Shown: positions 1-7,674 of the stretch, one piece after another
Layout: every line of letters starts with the position of its first letter
Position numbering within the stretch: the first letter of the stretch is position 1
NCBI GenBank assembly: GCA_030615855.1
Contig: JAUWYL010000002.1
Location: forward strand, 1,526-65,525
DNA: 64,000 nucleotides
Reading direction: 5' to 3'
DNA from: a bacterium
Lineage (GTDB): Bacteria; UBP18; UBA7526
Position numbers and translations under genes: made by a program
The notes under the pieces: generated by a model
Database searches by the model: none
What the model was told of the DNA's origin: nothing
Seen by the model: only the letters and a program-made list of their open reading frames with translations

Positions 1-812
1 AGGTTTATTCTCCTCGCCCTGACATCTGCCTCTTTCTCTATCCCATAGGTTAAGATGGAACAGGGGATTCTTTTCCTCAGGTAATTGCTCTTGGGATCAT
101 CGATGTTTATGACGGCGAAGGCTCTCTTCGCCAGCCTGGTAAAAAGCTTGGTCTTCGCCTCTAAGTAATTCTCTACTGTCTGGTGGAAGTCGAGATGATC
201 GATGGATAGATTGGTGAAGACCGCTATGGAGAAGTGCACATTTTCAATGCGGGAGAGCTGGAGGGAGTGGCTTGTGACCTCCATCACCGCATATTTGATT
301 TTCTTCTCTACTAGCTGACTGAGTAGGGACTGAAGATCGAGTGACTCCGGGGTAGTGATCTGGGCGGGGACGGTTTTACTGCCTATCTTGTGGGCAATGG
401 TACCCAAGAGGCCACAACCCCTCTTATCTGCGGTCAAAATGGCCTCGATAAGATAGGAGGTGGTGGTCTTCCCATTGGTACCCGTAATCCCGATGAGTCT
501 AATTTTCCCTGAGGGGTGATGATAGAATCTATCTGCCAAAAGGGCCAGGGTCTTCCTGGTATCTGGCACCCGAATCCCGGTTACCCCTTCTCCTAGAGAG
601 ACCCCCTTCTCCATGACTACTGCCCGTGCTCCCTTGAGAAGGGCTTCGTTTATGAAGCGGTGACCATCAGTCCGGAAGCCGGGAATAGCAACAAAGAGTG
701 AATTCCTTTTCACTTTTTTAGAATTATAAGAAATTCCTCTGATCTCTATATCCTGGGGACCGAAGACCTCCTTCTCCTTTAAGGCCTCCAGTAATTCACT
801 TAGTTGAACCAT
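1..812 (-). CDS. murE: UDP-N-acetylmuramoyl-tripeptide synthetase MurE (runs off the window start)
   Basis: Manual translation from ATG at 812: MVQLSELLEALKEKEVFGPQDIEIRGISYNS...GITGTNGKTTT (P-loop)...TTPESLDLQ...MEVTSH...FTNLSIDHLDFH; follows ftsI in the dcw cluster. Not in the ORF track because its stop lies outside the window. Confidence 0.93.
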   Translation of the reverse strand, partial: MVQLSELLEALKEKEVFGPQDIEIRGISYNSKKVKRNSLFVAIPGFRTDGHRFINEALLKGARAVVMEKGVSLGEGVTGIRVPDTRKTLALLADRFYHHPSGKIRLIGITGTNGKTTTSYLIEAILTADKRGCGLLGTIAHKIGSKTVPAQITTPESLDLQSLLSQLVEKKIKYAVMEVTSHSLQLSRIENVHFSIAVFTNLSIDHLDFHQTVENYLEAKTKLFTRLAKRAFAVINIDDPKSNYLRKRIPCSILTYGIEKEADVRARRIN

Positions 813-1040
813 TCCGCCCTCGCTTCGCTCGGAAGTAAACAGTTAACAGTAAAAAAGTATGAAAGTGTAGAAGCAGAAGAGTATCAGATCACCAGAATAT
901 CAGATGGAGAGGGTCAGTTATCAGAAGGTCAGATTGAAAAAAATGAATCTGGTATTCTGAATTCTCATTCTGATGTTTTGATACACTGATGTTCTATGGC
1001 TTCGCTGGTTACTACAAACGTTGCCGTTCAGTGTTTAACC
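813..1040. repeat. Intergenic short-period repeat cassette (ATCAGA arm / TCTGAT arm)
   Basis: atcagatcaccagaatatcagat...atcagaaggtcagatt opposed by tctggtattctgaattctcattctgatgttttgatacactgatg; outer GTAAAC/GTTAAC and GGTTAC units; CCTCGCTTCGCTCGG next to the murE start. Confidence 0.7.
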
Positions 1041-3002
1041 CTACCGGGATGCAAACCAGACGGTACATTCCTTCACCCCCTTTAAGGAAACTCCAGGGGA
1101 AGGTTTCTGCTTTATCACTCGACCGCTACCAATGAAGTTTGGCTTCAGATTATAATTACTCAAGATGCGAAATGTCTCTCTCATACTCTTGCTCTTTAGA
1201 TCGGGCATCTTTCCTCTTCCCTCAATCCCCATTTCTTTTACCTTTGGATCCATATCAGAGAGGCTCACTCTTATAATCTCCCCAGCAGAACCCTTCCCGG
1301 GAGGGACGTTCAGGTAGTGAAGGGTTCTCTGGGCGACCTCCCTAAATACCGGGGCAGCGATCAGGCCTCCATAATGGACCATTCTTCCTTCGTAGGGAAG
1401 ACCCTTCGGCTCATCAACTACTACCAGGATGAGAATCCTGGGATCATCTGCTGGGACCCAACCGAGGAAGGAGGCCACCGTCTTATCCTGGCTATACCTC
1501 CCGGTTCTAGGGTCTACCTTCTGGGCGGTGCCTGTCTTTCCCGCTACCTCATAGCCCGGAACCTGGGCCCTGGTGCCCGTACCCCTAAGTATCACCCCTT
1601 TGAGAATATCAGTGAGCCTATAGGCTGTCTCCTGGGAGATGACCCGACGCATAGGGATGGACTCAAACTCCTTTACTACCCTACCCTCTTTGGAAATAAT
1701 GGCCTTCACTACCCAGGGTCTCATCAAGACCCCCCCATTGGCTATGGCACTGGCGGCAGTAGCCAGCTGGATAGCGGTAACCGATATCTCCTGACCGATG
1801 GGTAAGGCAGCCATGGAGAGGCCTGACCACTGTCTTGGTTTCCTCAAAACCCCCCGCACCTCCCCCGGAAGGTCGATCCCGGTCAGGAAACCGAAGCCGA
1901 AGGAACGCAGGTATTCATAGAGCTTTAAAGGGCCCAGCCTCTGACCGAGCTTAATAGTTCCTATATTGGAGGACTTCTCTATTACCTCAGGAAAGGTGAG
2001 CCACTCATACTTTTTGATGTCGTGGACCACATGGTCTTTAGAGACGCGCAGGGCACCCTTCTCACAGTAGAACCTCTCTTCATATTCTACCACATCTTCT
2101 GCTAAGGCTGCTGCAGCAGTAACGAACTTCAATGCCGAACCGGGCTCGAAGAGGTCGGTTATTGCCCGGTTGCGCCGAATATAGGGGGGGTAATCTTTAA
2201 ATCTATTGAGGTTATAGGAGGGCTGATTGGCCAGGGCCAGTATCTCGCCCGTCTTGGGATCCATGACGATGATGGTGGCACTCCTTGCTCCTTGCTCCTC
2301 ATAGACCTTCTCCAGTTCCCTCTCCGCGATATACTGGATGGACTCGTCTATGGTGAGGATAGTATCATAGCCGCCAGAGGGAGGATAGAAGCGATATTCT
2401 CCGGATAAGACACTCCTTCCCCGAGCGTCCCGGGTGCTCAAGAGCCAACCCGGGGCCCCCTTAATATACTGATTATAGAGAAGCTCTATTCCTTCCAGAC
2501 CTTGGTCATCAAGTCCGGCAAAGCCCAATAGGTGACAGGCAAGAGTTCCCTTAGGGTAGAGGCGCTTGCTCTCTTCTGTTAACCCAATACCATTAGAGAT
2601 GCCGAACCCTTTGATCTCTTCTGCCAAATCCTTTGGTATCTTCCTCTCCAGCCAGACAAAGTTTTTCCCTTTATTGAGTTTCTCTAAAATCTGGGAAGGA
2701 GTCTTCTTCAAAACCGGGGAGAGTCTTCTTGCAATTTCTTCTTTATTCTCCATCTCTCTAGGAAGGGCATAGAGAGAATCCAGGGAAAGACTCACCGCTA
2801 ACTTGCGCATCCTTCTATCATAGATTATCCCTCGCTGGGGCTCAATTTTGATAGTTCTCTTCTGTTGGCTGTGGGCCTTTTCTTGTAGTTCAGGTGATTT
2901 AATTATTTGGAGGTAGGCCAGGCGGATAGTTAAGGTGAGGAGAAAAATGAAGAGGAAGAAGAAGATCAGGCTAGCCCGAATCCTCTGGCCCCTTTCAAAC
3001 AT
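1041..3002 (-). CDS. ftsI: Class B penicillin-binding protein (FtsI/SpoVD family) with C-terminal PASTA-like domain
   Basis: N-terminal TM helix, PBP dimerisation domain (RGIIYDR), transpeptidase motifs SxxK (EPGSALK), SxN (SSN), KTG (GKTGTAQK); dcw position. Confidence 0.9.
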   Translation of the reverse strand: MFERGQRIRASLIFFFLFIFLLTLTIRLAYLQIIKSPELQEKAHSQQKRTIKIEPQRGIIYDRRMRKLAVSLSLDSLYALPREMENKEEIARRLSPVLKKTPSQILEKLNKGKNFVWLERKIPKDLAEEIKGFGISNGIGLTEESKRLYPKGTLACHLLGFAGLDDQGLEGIELLYNQYIKGAPGWLLSTRDARGRSVLSGEYRFYPPSGGYDTILTIDESIQYIAERELEKVYEEQGARSATIIVMDPKTGEILALANQPSYNLNRFKDYPPYIRRNRAITDLFEPGSALKFVTAAAALAEDVVEYEERFYCEKGALRVSKDHVVHDIKKYEWLTFPEVIEKSSNIGTIKLGQRLGPLKLYEYLRSFGFGFLTGIDLPGEVRGVLRKPRQWSGLSMAALPIGQEISVTAIQLATAASAIANGGVLMRPWVVKAIISKEGRVVKEFESIPMRRVISQETAYRLTDILKGVILRGTGTRAQVPGYEVAGKTGTAQKVDPRTGRYSQDKTVASFLGWVPADDPRILILVVVDEPKGLPYEGRMVHYGGLIAAPVFREVAQRTLHYLNVPPGKGSAGEIIRVSLSDMDPKVKEMGIEGRGKMPDLKSKSMRETFRILSNYNLKPNFIGSGRVIKQKPSPGVSLKGVKECTVWFASR

Positions 3003-3371
3003 CTAATCTCCCCCAGAAGGATCTTGGATGGAGGTGATATCCAACAAGATGATCTCCCCCTCCTTTGAAGGCTCAAGACCGAGACGAGACCGGGCGATTT
3101 CCTCTATCCTTTTCAGGGATCTCAAGTGCGAGGTCTTAATCTCCAGCTCTCGATTCCTATCCATTAGGGTCTTTCTCTCTTTCTCTTTCTTCCCCAATTC
3201 ATAACCGAGCTCTCTAATCCGGAGGTGCTGCCAGAGATAGAGGAAGACGAGGGATACCAGGAGTAGTGCGTGGCCAAGATATAGGAGGAACCCGCGAATC
3301 CTAAATCTTGCCCTCTTCTTCTGGGGAAGGCCGGGAATCTCGTAATAGCCCCTCTGTAGTATTCTTCCCAT
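3003..3371 (-). CDS. ftsL: Cell division protein FtsL-like
   Basis: Single TM helix followed by a coiled coil and RIEEIARSRLGL motif; lies between rsmH and ftsI. Confidence 0.75.
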   Translation of the reverse strand: MGRILQRGYYEIPGLPQKKRARFRIRGFLLYLGHALLLVSLVFLYLWQHLRIRELGYELGKKEKERKTLMDRNRELEIKTSHLRSLKRIEEIARSRLGLEPSKEGEIILLDITSIQDPSGGD

Positions 3372-4256
3372 TTAGATCCTTTCTCCAGCCCTGAGTTTTG
3401 CACTTCGCGAACGGGGATTCGTTCTTATTTCCTCTTCCCGGGGAGTAATGGGCTTCTTGGTGAGGATTTTTAGCCTTCCCTGGCAGGCAAATTCCTTGAA
3501 AGAGTTCTTTACTATGCGGTCCTCTAAGGAATGGTAAGAGATAATAGAGATTCTTCCCTTTTTCTTTAAGGAGTCCACTGCCTGGGGCAGGGCCTCCTTT
3601 AGATTCTCCAGCTCCCTATTTACTTTAATGCGTAGGGCCTGAAAGGTCCTGGTGGCGGGATGGATCCTTCCCCGGTAAGGAACGGCCCTTTCAATGATCT
3701 CTGCCAATTGACTAGTAGTAGTAACTGGCCCCTTCTCCCTTTCCCTTACAATTGCTCTTGCGATCCTCTTCGCCCACCTCTTTTCCCCAAACTCATAGAT
3801 TATATTCTGTAAGTCTTCATAAGAGGTTCTATTAACTAAGTCTGAGGCATTAATCTTCTGGGCCTTATCCATGCGCATATCCAATGGGCCCTCTTTCAAA
3901 AAACTGAAACCCCTCTCCTTTCTTGAAAGTTGTGCGCTGGAGACCCCAAGGTCAAATAGAATCCCATCCACCTTCCCTATTCCTTTCTCTCTTAGTATCT
4001 TCTCTAAATTTGTGAAGTTGCCCCAGACCAGGATCACCCTCTTCCCAAAGGAGGCTAGGCGCTTCCTCGCCGCCACAAGAGCATCTTGATCCTGATCGAT
4101 TCCCAAAAGGATACCAGCTGGCCCCAGATTCTCAAGAATTTTTTCTGCATGTCCTCCCTCCCCTATGGTGCAGTCAACAATTATCTTATTCTCTTCTTTG
4201 AGGTTTAAATATTCTATTACCTCATTTAATAGGACCGGTACATGTTCTATATTCAT
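3372..4256 (-). CDS. rsmH: 16S rRNA m4C1402 methyltransferase RsmH (MraW)
   Basis: HVPVLLNE, DCTIGEGGH, DLGVSS, GPLDMRMD, HPATRTFQALRI, SYHSLEDR, NPRSRSAKLR motifs. Confidence 0.97.
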   Translation of the reverse strand: MNIEHVPVLLNEVIEYLNLKEENKIIVDCTIGEGGHAEKILENLGPAGILLGIDQDQDALVAARKRLASFGKRVILVWGNFTNLEKILREKGIGKVDGILFDLGVSSAQLSRKERGFSFLKEGPLDMRMDKAQKINASDLVNRTSYEDLQNIIYEFGEKRWAKRIARAIVREREKGPVTTTSQLAEIIERAVPYRGRIHPATRTFQALRIKVNRELENLKEALPQAVDSLKKKGRISIISYHSLEDRIVKNSFKEFACQGRLKILTKKPITPREEEIRTNPRSRSAKLRAGERI

Positions 4257-4269
4257 TACATAAAATAGG

Positions 4270-4400
4270 CCTCACTCCGTTCGGCAGGACGTAGATTCAA
4301 ACAGATGTGAGCGGATTCATACGGACTCTTTACTGACTATTTTATCCGTTTACATCTGCCATAATCCGTTTGCATCCCTTCTTTATAATCTGTGATTAGA
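4270..4400. repeat. Intergenic repeat cassette (CGGAT/CAGAT arm, ATCCG/ATCTG arm)
   Basis: acagat..gcggatt..acggact opposed by atccgtt..atctgcc..atccgtt..atctgtg; CCTCACTCCGTTCGG near the rsmH start. Confidence 0.6.
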
Positions 4401-4454
4401 CGAGTCAAGCGGGGCGCGTCGTCATAATTTATTCAAATTCTGGAGCTGTAAAAT

Positions 4455-4477
4455 AAAAAAGCCCCCTTATCGGGGGC
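4455..4477 (-). terminator. Intrinsic terminator-like hairpin after mraZ
   Basis: Minus strand GCCCCC-GATAA-GGGGGC followed by TTTTTT, 5 nt after the mraZ stop. Confidence 0.6.
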
Positions 4478-4482
4478 AGAGA

Positions 4483-4914
4483 TCATATTCCCAGATCTAC
4501 TAACTTCTGAGCGATCTCCTCAAAGGATCTCTCGCTTCTCTCTAAGTATTCCTCCCAGCTCCTCTTTGCCCAGATCTCGATCCTATTCAGGGCACCGATA
4601 ATGACTACTTCTTTCTCGATTCGGGCGTATTGGGCGAGGGGTTTGGGAATGAGGAGGCGACCCTGTCTATCCAATCTGGACTCTACTGCTCCTGAAACCA
4701 GAAGACGTAAGAAGCTGCGCGCCTCCCTCTGGGCCATGGGGAGTTCTCTAATCTTCTTCTCTAATCCCTTCCATTCATCCAGAGGATAGAGGAAGAGACA
4801 CCTGTCCAGACCGCGGGTAAGAACAAAGGGGGTAATCTTCTTTCCCCTTAGTTTTGCTGGTAGGACGAGGCGGCCTTTCTGGTCTAGAGAGTATCTATAC
4901 TCCCCTAAATACAT
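4483..4914 (-). CDS. mraZ: Transcriptional regulator MraZ
   Basis: Two SpoVT/AbrB-like repeats (LDQKGRLVLP, LDRQGRLLIP), TRGLDRCLFLYP, NRIEIW; heads the dcw cluster. Confidence 0.97.
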   Translation of the reverse strand: MYLGEYRYSLDQKGRLVLPAKLRGKKITPFVLTRGLDRCLFLYPLDEWKGLEKKIRELPMAQREARSFLRLLVSGAVESRLDRQGRLLIPKPLAQYARIEKEVVIIGALNRIEIWAKRSWEEYLERSERSFEEIAQKLVDLGI

Positions 4915-5084
4915 CTTGCACCCCGAAAAATCCGCCGAAGGCGGACTACGGGGTAGACCCGTGGTCGCAAAGCGACTTTACGGGTCACCCCAAAGGATGG
5001 CCCCTCTCGTAGGGCCCCTCTCAATATATCTTAACCCCCGGAGCCCAATGGGCTCCGGGGGTGCCCAGGACTAATTAATTAAGA

Positions 5085-5110
5085 CCCACTTTCTCCCACT
5101 TTTTCCCACT
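5085..5110 (-). promoter_or_regulatory. MraZ-binding direct repeats
   Basis: Three GTGGG boxes with 10-bp period on the minus strand (AGTGGGAAAAAGTGGGAGAAAGTGGG) just downstream of the promoter, the known MraZ operator layout. Confidence 0.8.
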
Positions 5111-5118
5111 CGCTGAGT

Positions 5119-5147
5119 ATGATATACCACAAAAACCCATTTGTCAA
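5119..5147 (-). promoter_or_regulatory. Sigma70-type promoter of mraZ/dcw
   Basis: TTGACA (5147-5142), 17-bp spacer, TATCAT (5124-5119). Confidence 0.75.
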
Positions 5148-5168
5148 GTCTTTTTTTAAAAAATTTTT

Positions 5169-5200
5169 AAAAAAGAAGGCCCCGAGCAATCGGGGCCTTC
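5169..5200 (-). terminator. Intrinsic terminator of rnpB
   Basis: GAAGGCCCCGA-TTGC-TCGGGGCCTTC then TTTTTT directly after the RNase P RNA 3' end. Confidence 0.88.
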
Positions 5201-5201
5201 T

Positions 5202-5606
5202 GAAGTAGATCTATAAGCCGGGTCCTGTAAACGCTGATTACCGCAGATTTTTAGCGCTGATTACCGCAGATTAAATCCGCGGCCTTCTGCGTATCGATCC
5301 GCGTAAATCCGCGTCTCGATGATCATTTGTCTAGTCCGACCATTACTGGACGGATCAAGCAGCCAACCCGGGAATAATAACGAGACGGGCCGTCTCTCTC
5401 CCTCTATTTGGCCTTGCTCCGCGTAGAGATTGCCTCGTTTCACCCCTCCCCGGCAAAAATCGGGGAGGACTCGTCTCTGTGGCTCTTATCCGTCCGTCCC
5501 TTTTGGGGACGGAGACGGGTGTTACCCGCTACGCTGCCCTGTGGAGCCCGGACTTTCCTTCCGTCCGTCATACTTATGACGGACGGACGATCATCCGATC
5601 TACTTC
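5202..5606 (-). ncRNA. rnpB: RNase P RNA, type A, with an enlarged P19 region
   Basis: P1 pairing GAAGTAGATC/GATCTACTTC, conserved GGAAAGTCCGGGC, GGGTGAAACG, AATCTCTACGCGGAGCAA and 3' ACAGGACCCGGCTTATA; own promoter and terminator. Confidence 0.95.
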
Positions 5607-5612
5607 ATAAAT

Positions 5613-5641
5613 ACTATATCATAAAAAGGAGGATTTGTCAA
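5613..5641 (-). promoter_or_regulatory. Sigma70-type promoter of rnpB
   Basis: TTGACA (5641-5636), 17-bp spacer, TATAGT (5618-5613), 6 nt before the RNA 5' end. Confidence 0.82.
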
Positions 5642-5691
5642 CCCCGCCCCTTTTACTTTGAAGTATTTCTCCGTAGCAGAAAGGGGCGGGG
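5642..5691. repeat. 50-bp inverted-repeat element resembling the ends of the GIY-YIG element
   Basis: CCCCGCCCCTTT...AAAGGGGCGGGG, flanked on both sides by TCAA (5638-5641, 5692-5695). Confidence 0.65.
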
Positions 5692-6315
5692 TCAAATTCC
5701 GAGGTTTATTCCCTTGTTTGCCAATCTATCTGCTCTCTTATTCTTCTCCCGGGCAATATACCTTATATCTACTTTTCTGAAGTTCTTTAAATTCTCTCTC
5801 GCCTTTTGGTAAAAATCTTTTAAAGTCTTATCCTTCACCCGATACTCACCAGCCATTTGCCTTACCAGTAGCTCACAATCGGAATATATGGCCAAGGTTT
5901 CTGCCCCCAGACTCCTTGCTCTCTCCAAGGCGATGAGTAATGCCTGATACTCGGCCACGTTATTCGTCGTCTTCCCGATATACTCACATAGCTCGTCAAC
6001 CAACTTCTTCTTTTCATCATAGATGATGACTCCCACCCCGGCTGGACCAGGGTTTCCCCGCGAGGCCCCGTCGATATAGATGAATAGTCTTCTCTTCAGA
6101 ACAGGCAGAGGAGCAACCTCTCTCTTCATTAAGCCCAGAGCATAGGAGAGGGTGGCCCGAATATCCTCTTCAGTAACTTTGGGGAATTCTTCACATATCT
6201 CCTTGAAAGAAGTGCCACTGGCGAGCAACTCTAAGATGAGTTCACAGGAAATCTTCGTTCCCCTAATATGTGGCTTTTCTCCCAGAACCTTGGGGTCCTT
6301 TATAATTCTACTCAT
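5692..6315 (-). CDS. rnhA: DUF433 domain fused to ribonuclease HI
   Basis: N-terminal MSRIIKDPKVLGEKPHIRGTKISCELILELLASG...EDIRATLSYA (DUF433 pattern); C-terminal IDGASRGNPGPAG, TNNVAEY, YSDCELLV, NKRADRLAN (RNase HI acidic residues). Start moved to ATG 6315, which overlaps the upstream stop (ATGA). Confidence 0.85.
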   Translation of the reverse strand: MSRIIKDPKVLGEKPHIRGTKISCELILELLASGTSFKEICEEFPKVTEEDIRATLSYALGLMKREVAPLPVLKRRLFIYIDGASRGNPGPAGVGVIIYDEKKKLVDELCEYIGKTTNNVAEYQALLIALERARSLGAETLAIYSDCELLVRQMAGEYRVKDKTLKDFYQKARENLKNFRKVDIRYIAREKNKRADRLANKGINLGI

Positions 6316-7019
6316 CCTTTCTTCCAATATAAGATTCTATTGCAGACCTCGCAGGTAACGAACCTGTTGCCTTTCTTTACTTCACTCACTATCTGGGGAG
6401 GAAGGTTCATGTGGCATCCTCCGCAAGAGGAGCCTTCTAAAGGGACGATGGCCAATCCTCCTTTTCCCTGGCGTAGTTTCTCATATCGGGAAAGAGAGCC
6501 AGGACTAACCCCTTTTGCTATCTCTTGGCGGGTAATATTTATCTTGGCAATCTCCTGGTCCAGAACTTTGGTCTCCTGTTTTGCTTTCTCTTCTTCTCTG
6601 GAGAGCTCTTTCTTCTCTTCCTTCAACTCCTCTTCAATCTCTTTAATCTCTTTTATTCTTTCTTCCTCTAACTCCAGGGACTTCAAGATCTCTTCTTCTG
6701 AGGCCTCATTCTTCTCCCTAGTTAGGGCGATCTCCTCTTCCAGAGCAGCATAGGCCTTATTATCCTTAACCTGGTATAACTGTCTCTGATACTTCTTTAG
6801 CTCCATCTCTCGGGCCTCAAGCTCCCTTTCCTCATGCCTTCTTTTCTTTTGTAAATCCCCCAGTTCCCCTTTCGCTTCATGAAGCTTTTGGTTTATCCTT
6901 TCCACCCCTTCTTTAAAGGGAATGAGTCTCTTGGGTAATCCAGCCTTCTTCTCTTCCCTTTCATCGATCTGGCTATCGAGAGTCTGAAGCTGGGCCAAGA
7001 GTTTTAGATCCTCTAACAT
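6312..7019 (-). CDS. Coiled-coil protein with C4 zinc ribbon (DUF164 family)
   Basis: Long coiled coil ending in CGGCHMNLPPQ...CEVCNRILY; usual neighbour of RNase HI and Nif3. Confidence 0.9.
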   Translation of the reverse strand: MLEDLKLLAQLQTLDSQIDEREEKKAGLPKRLIPFKEGVERINQKLHEAKGELGDLQKKRRHEERELEAREMELKKYQRQLYQVKDNKAYAALEEEIALTREKNEASEEEILKSLELEEERIKEIKEIEEELKEEKKELSREEEKAKQETKVLDQEIAKINITRQEIAKGVSPGSLSRYEKLRQGKGGLAIVPLEGSSCGGCHMNLPPQIVSEVKKGNRFVTCEVCNRILYWKKG

Positions 7020-7105
7020 ACCATAACCTCACCTTTTATATCACGGAAAATCGTTTTGCGATCTCGGGACACTTCACCCCGCAAATGAAATTCTGCGGGG
7101 TTTCG

Positions 7106-7182
7106 TGGTGGGCGCAGAAGGATTCGAACCTTCGACCTCTGCCATGTGAGGGCAGCACTCTAACCTACTGAGCTATGCGCCC
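7106..7182 (-). tRNA. tRNA-Val(CAC)
   Basis: GGGCGCA...TGCGCCC-A-CCA acceptor stem, anticodon arm CTGCC-CTCACAT-GGCAG, TTCGAATC T-loop; 77 nt. Confidence 0.95.
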
Positions 7183-7185
7183 GAA

Positions 7186-7344
7186 ACACTGATTACCGCT
7201 GACTTTAACATGGGGGGGTAAGGAGGTAAACCACGCCCCTCGTAGAGGAGCGTGGGTAAACCCTCTCTACCTTTTCTAACCCCTTTCACCCTTCTAGCAT
7301 ATATCTGCGATCATCTGCGTTTTGATCTGTGTCAATCTGCGTCT
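7186..7344. repeat. Repeat cassette in the tRNA spacer
   Basis: ctgattaccgctgac arm opposed by atctgcgatcatctgcgttttgatctgtgtcaatctgcg; internal GGTAAAC units around hairpin CACGCCCCTCGTAGAGGAGCGTG. Confidence 0.6.
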
Positions 7345-7420
7345 TGGTGGGCCCTGAAGGATTTGAACCTTCGACCGACGGATTATGAGTCCGTTGCTCT
7401 AACCACTGAGCTAAGGGCCC
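7345..7420 (-). tRNA. tRNA with CAT anticodon, probably tRNA-Ile2 (lysidine-modified)
   Basis: 76 nt, G1-C72 pair (not initiator), anticodon loop CTCATAA; overall sequence resembles E. coli-type tRNA-Ile2 (GG.CCCTTAGCTCAGTGGTTAGAGCA..GACTCATAAT); elongator Met cannot be excluded. Confidence 0.88.
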
Positions 7421-7423
7421 GTG

Positions 7424-7670
7424 CCTCCTCATCCGTCCCCTTCGGGGTCGGATGAGGAGGAAATCCCAAATCCCAATATCCAAATTTCAAACAATACCCG
7501 ATCACCAATAATCAAACTGTCTGAATATTAGAATTTTGAATTCGGGATTTGTTTAGTGATTGTTTCTTGTATCTTGTATCTTGTCAATTTCGCATTTTGC
7601 ACTGCTAATTTTTCATTGATAATTTTGTCTGCCCGCCACAGTAAACTATCATAGGCAGGCGGGCATTGTT
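7424..7670. repeat. Composite repeat cassette downstream of rpoD
   Basis: Hairpin CCTCCTCATCCG..TTCG..CGGATGAGGAGG; AAATCCC/AATATCC units opposed by GGGATTT/TCTTGTA units; TGCCCGCC..GGCGGGCA hairpin. Confidence 0.6.
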
Positions 7671-7674
7671 ACTT

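Noticed and set aside
804-989. 61-aa plus-strand ORF
   Set aside because: Translation of a repeat cassette; TTG start without RBS, overlapping the murE start.
5261-5812. ORF-track entries 5261..5443 (-) and 5408..5812 (+)
   Set aside because: They overlap the RNase P RNA and its promoter; no protein-like features.
7021-7670. tRNA-anchored integrative element or prophage att site
   Set aside because: No integrase and no duplicated tRNA 3' end found in the window; flanking genes follow the usual rpoD-tRNA-Zn-ribbon order.
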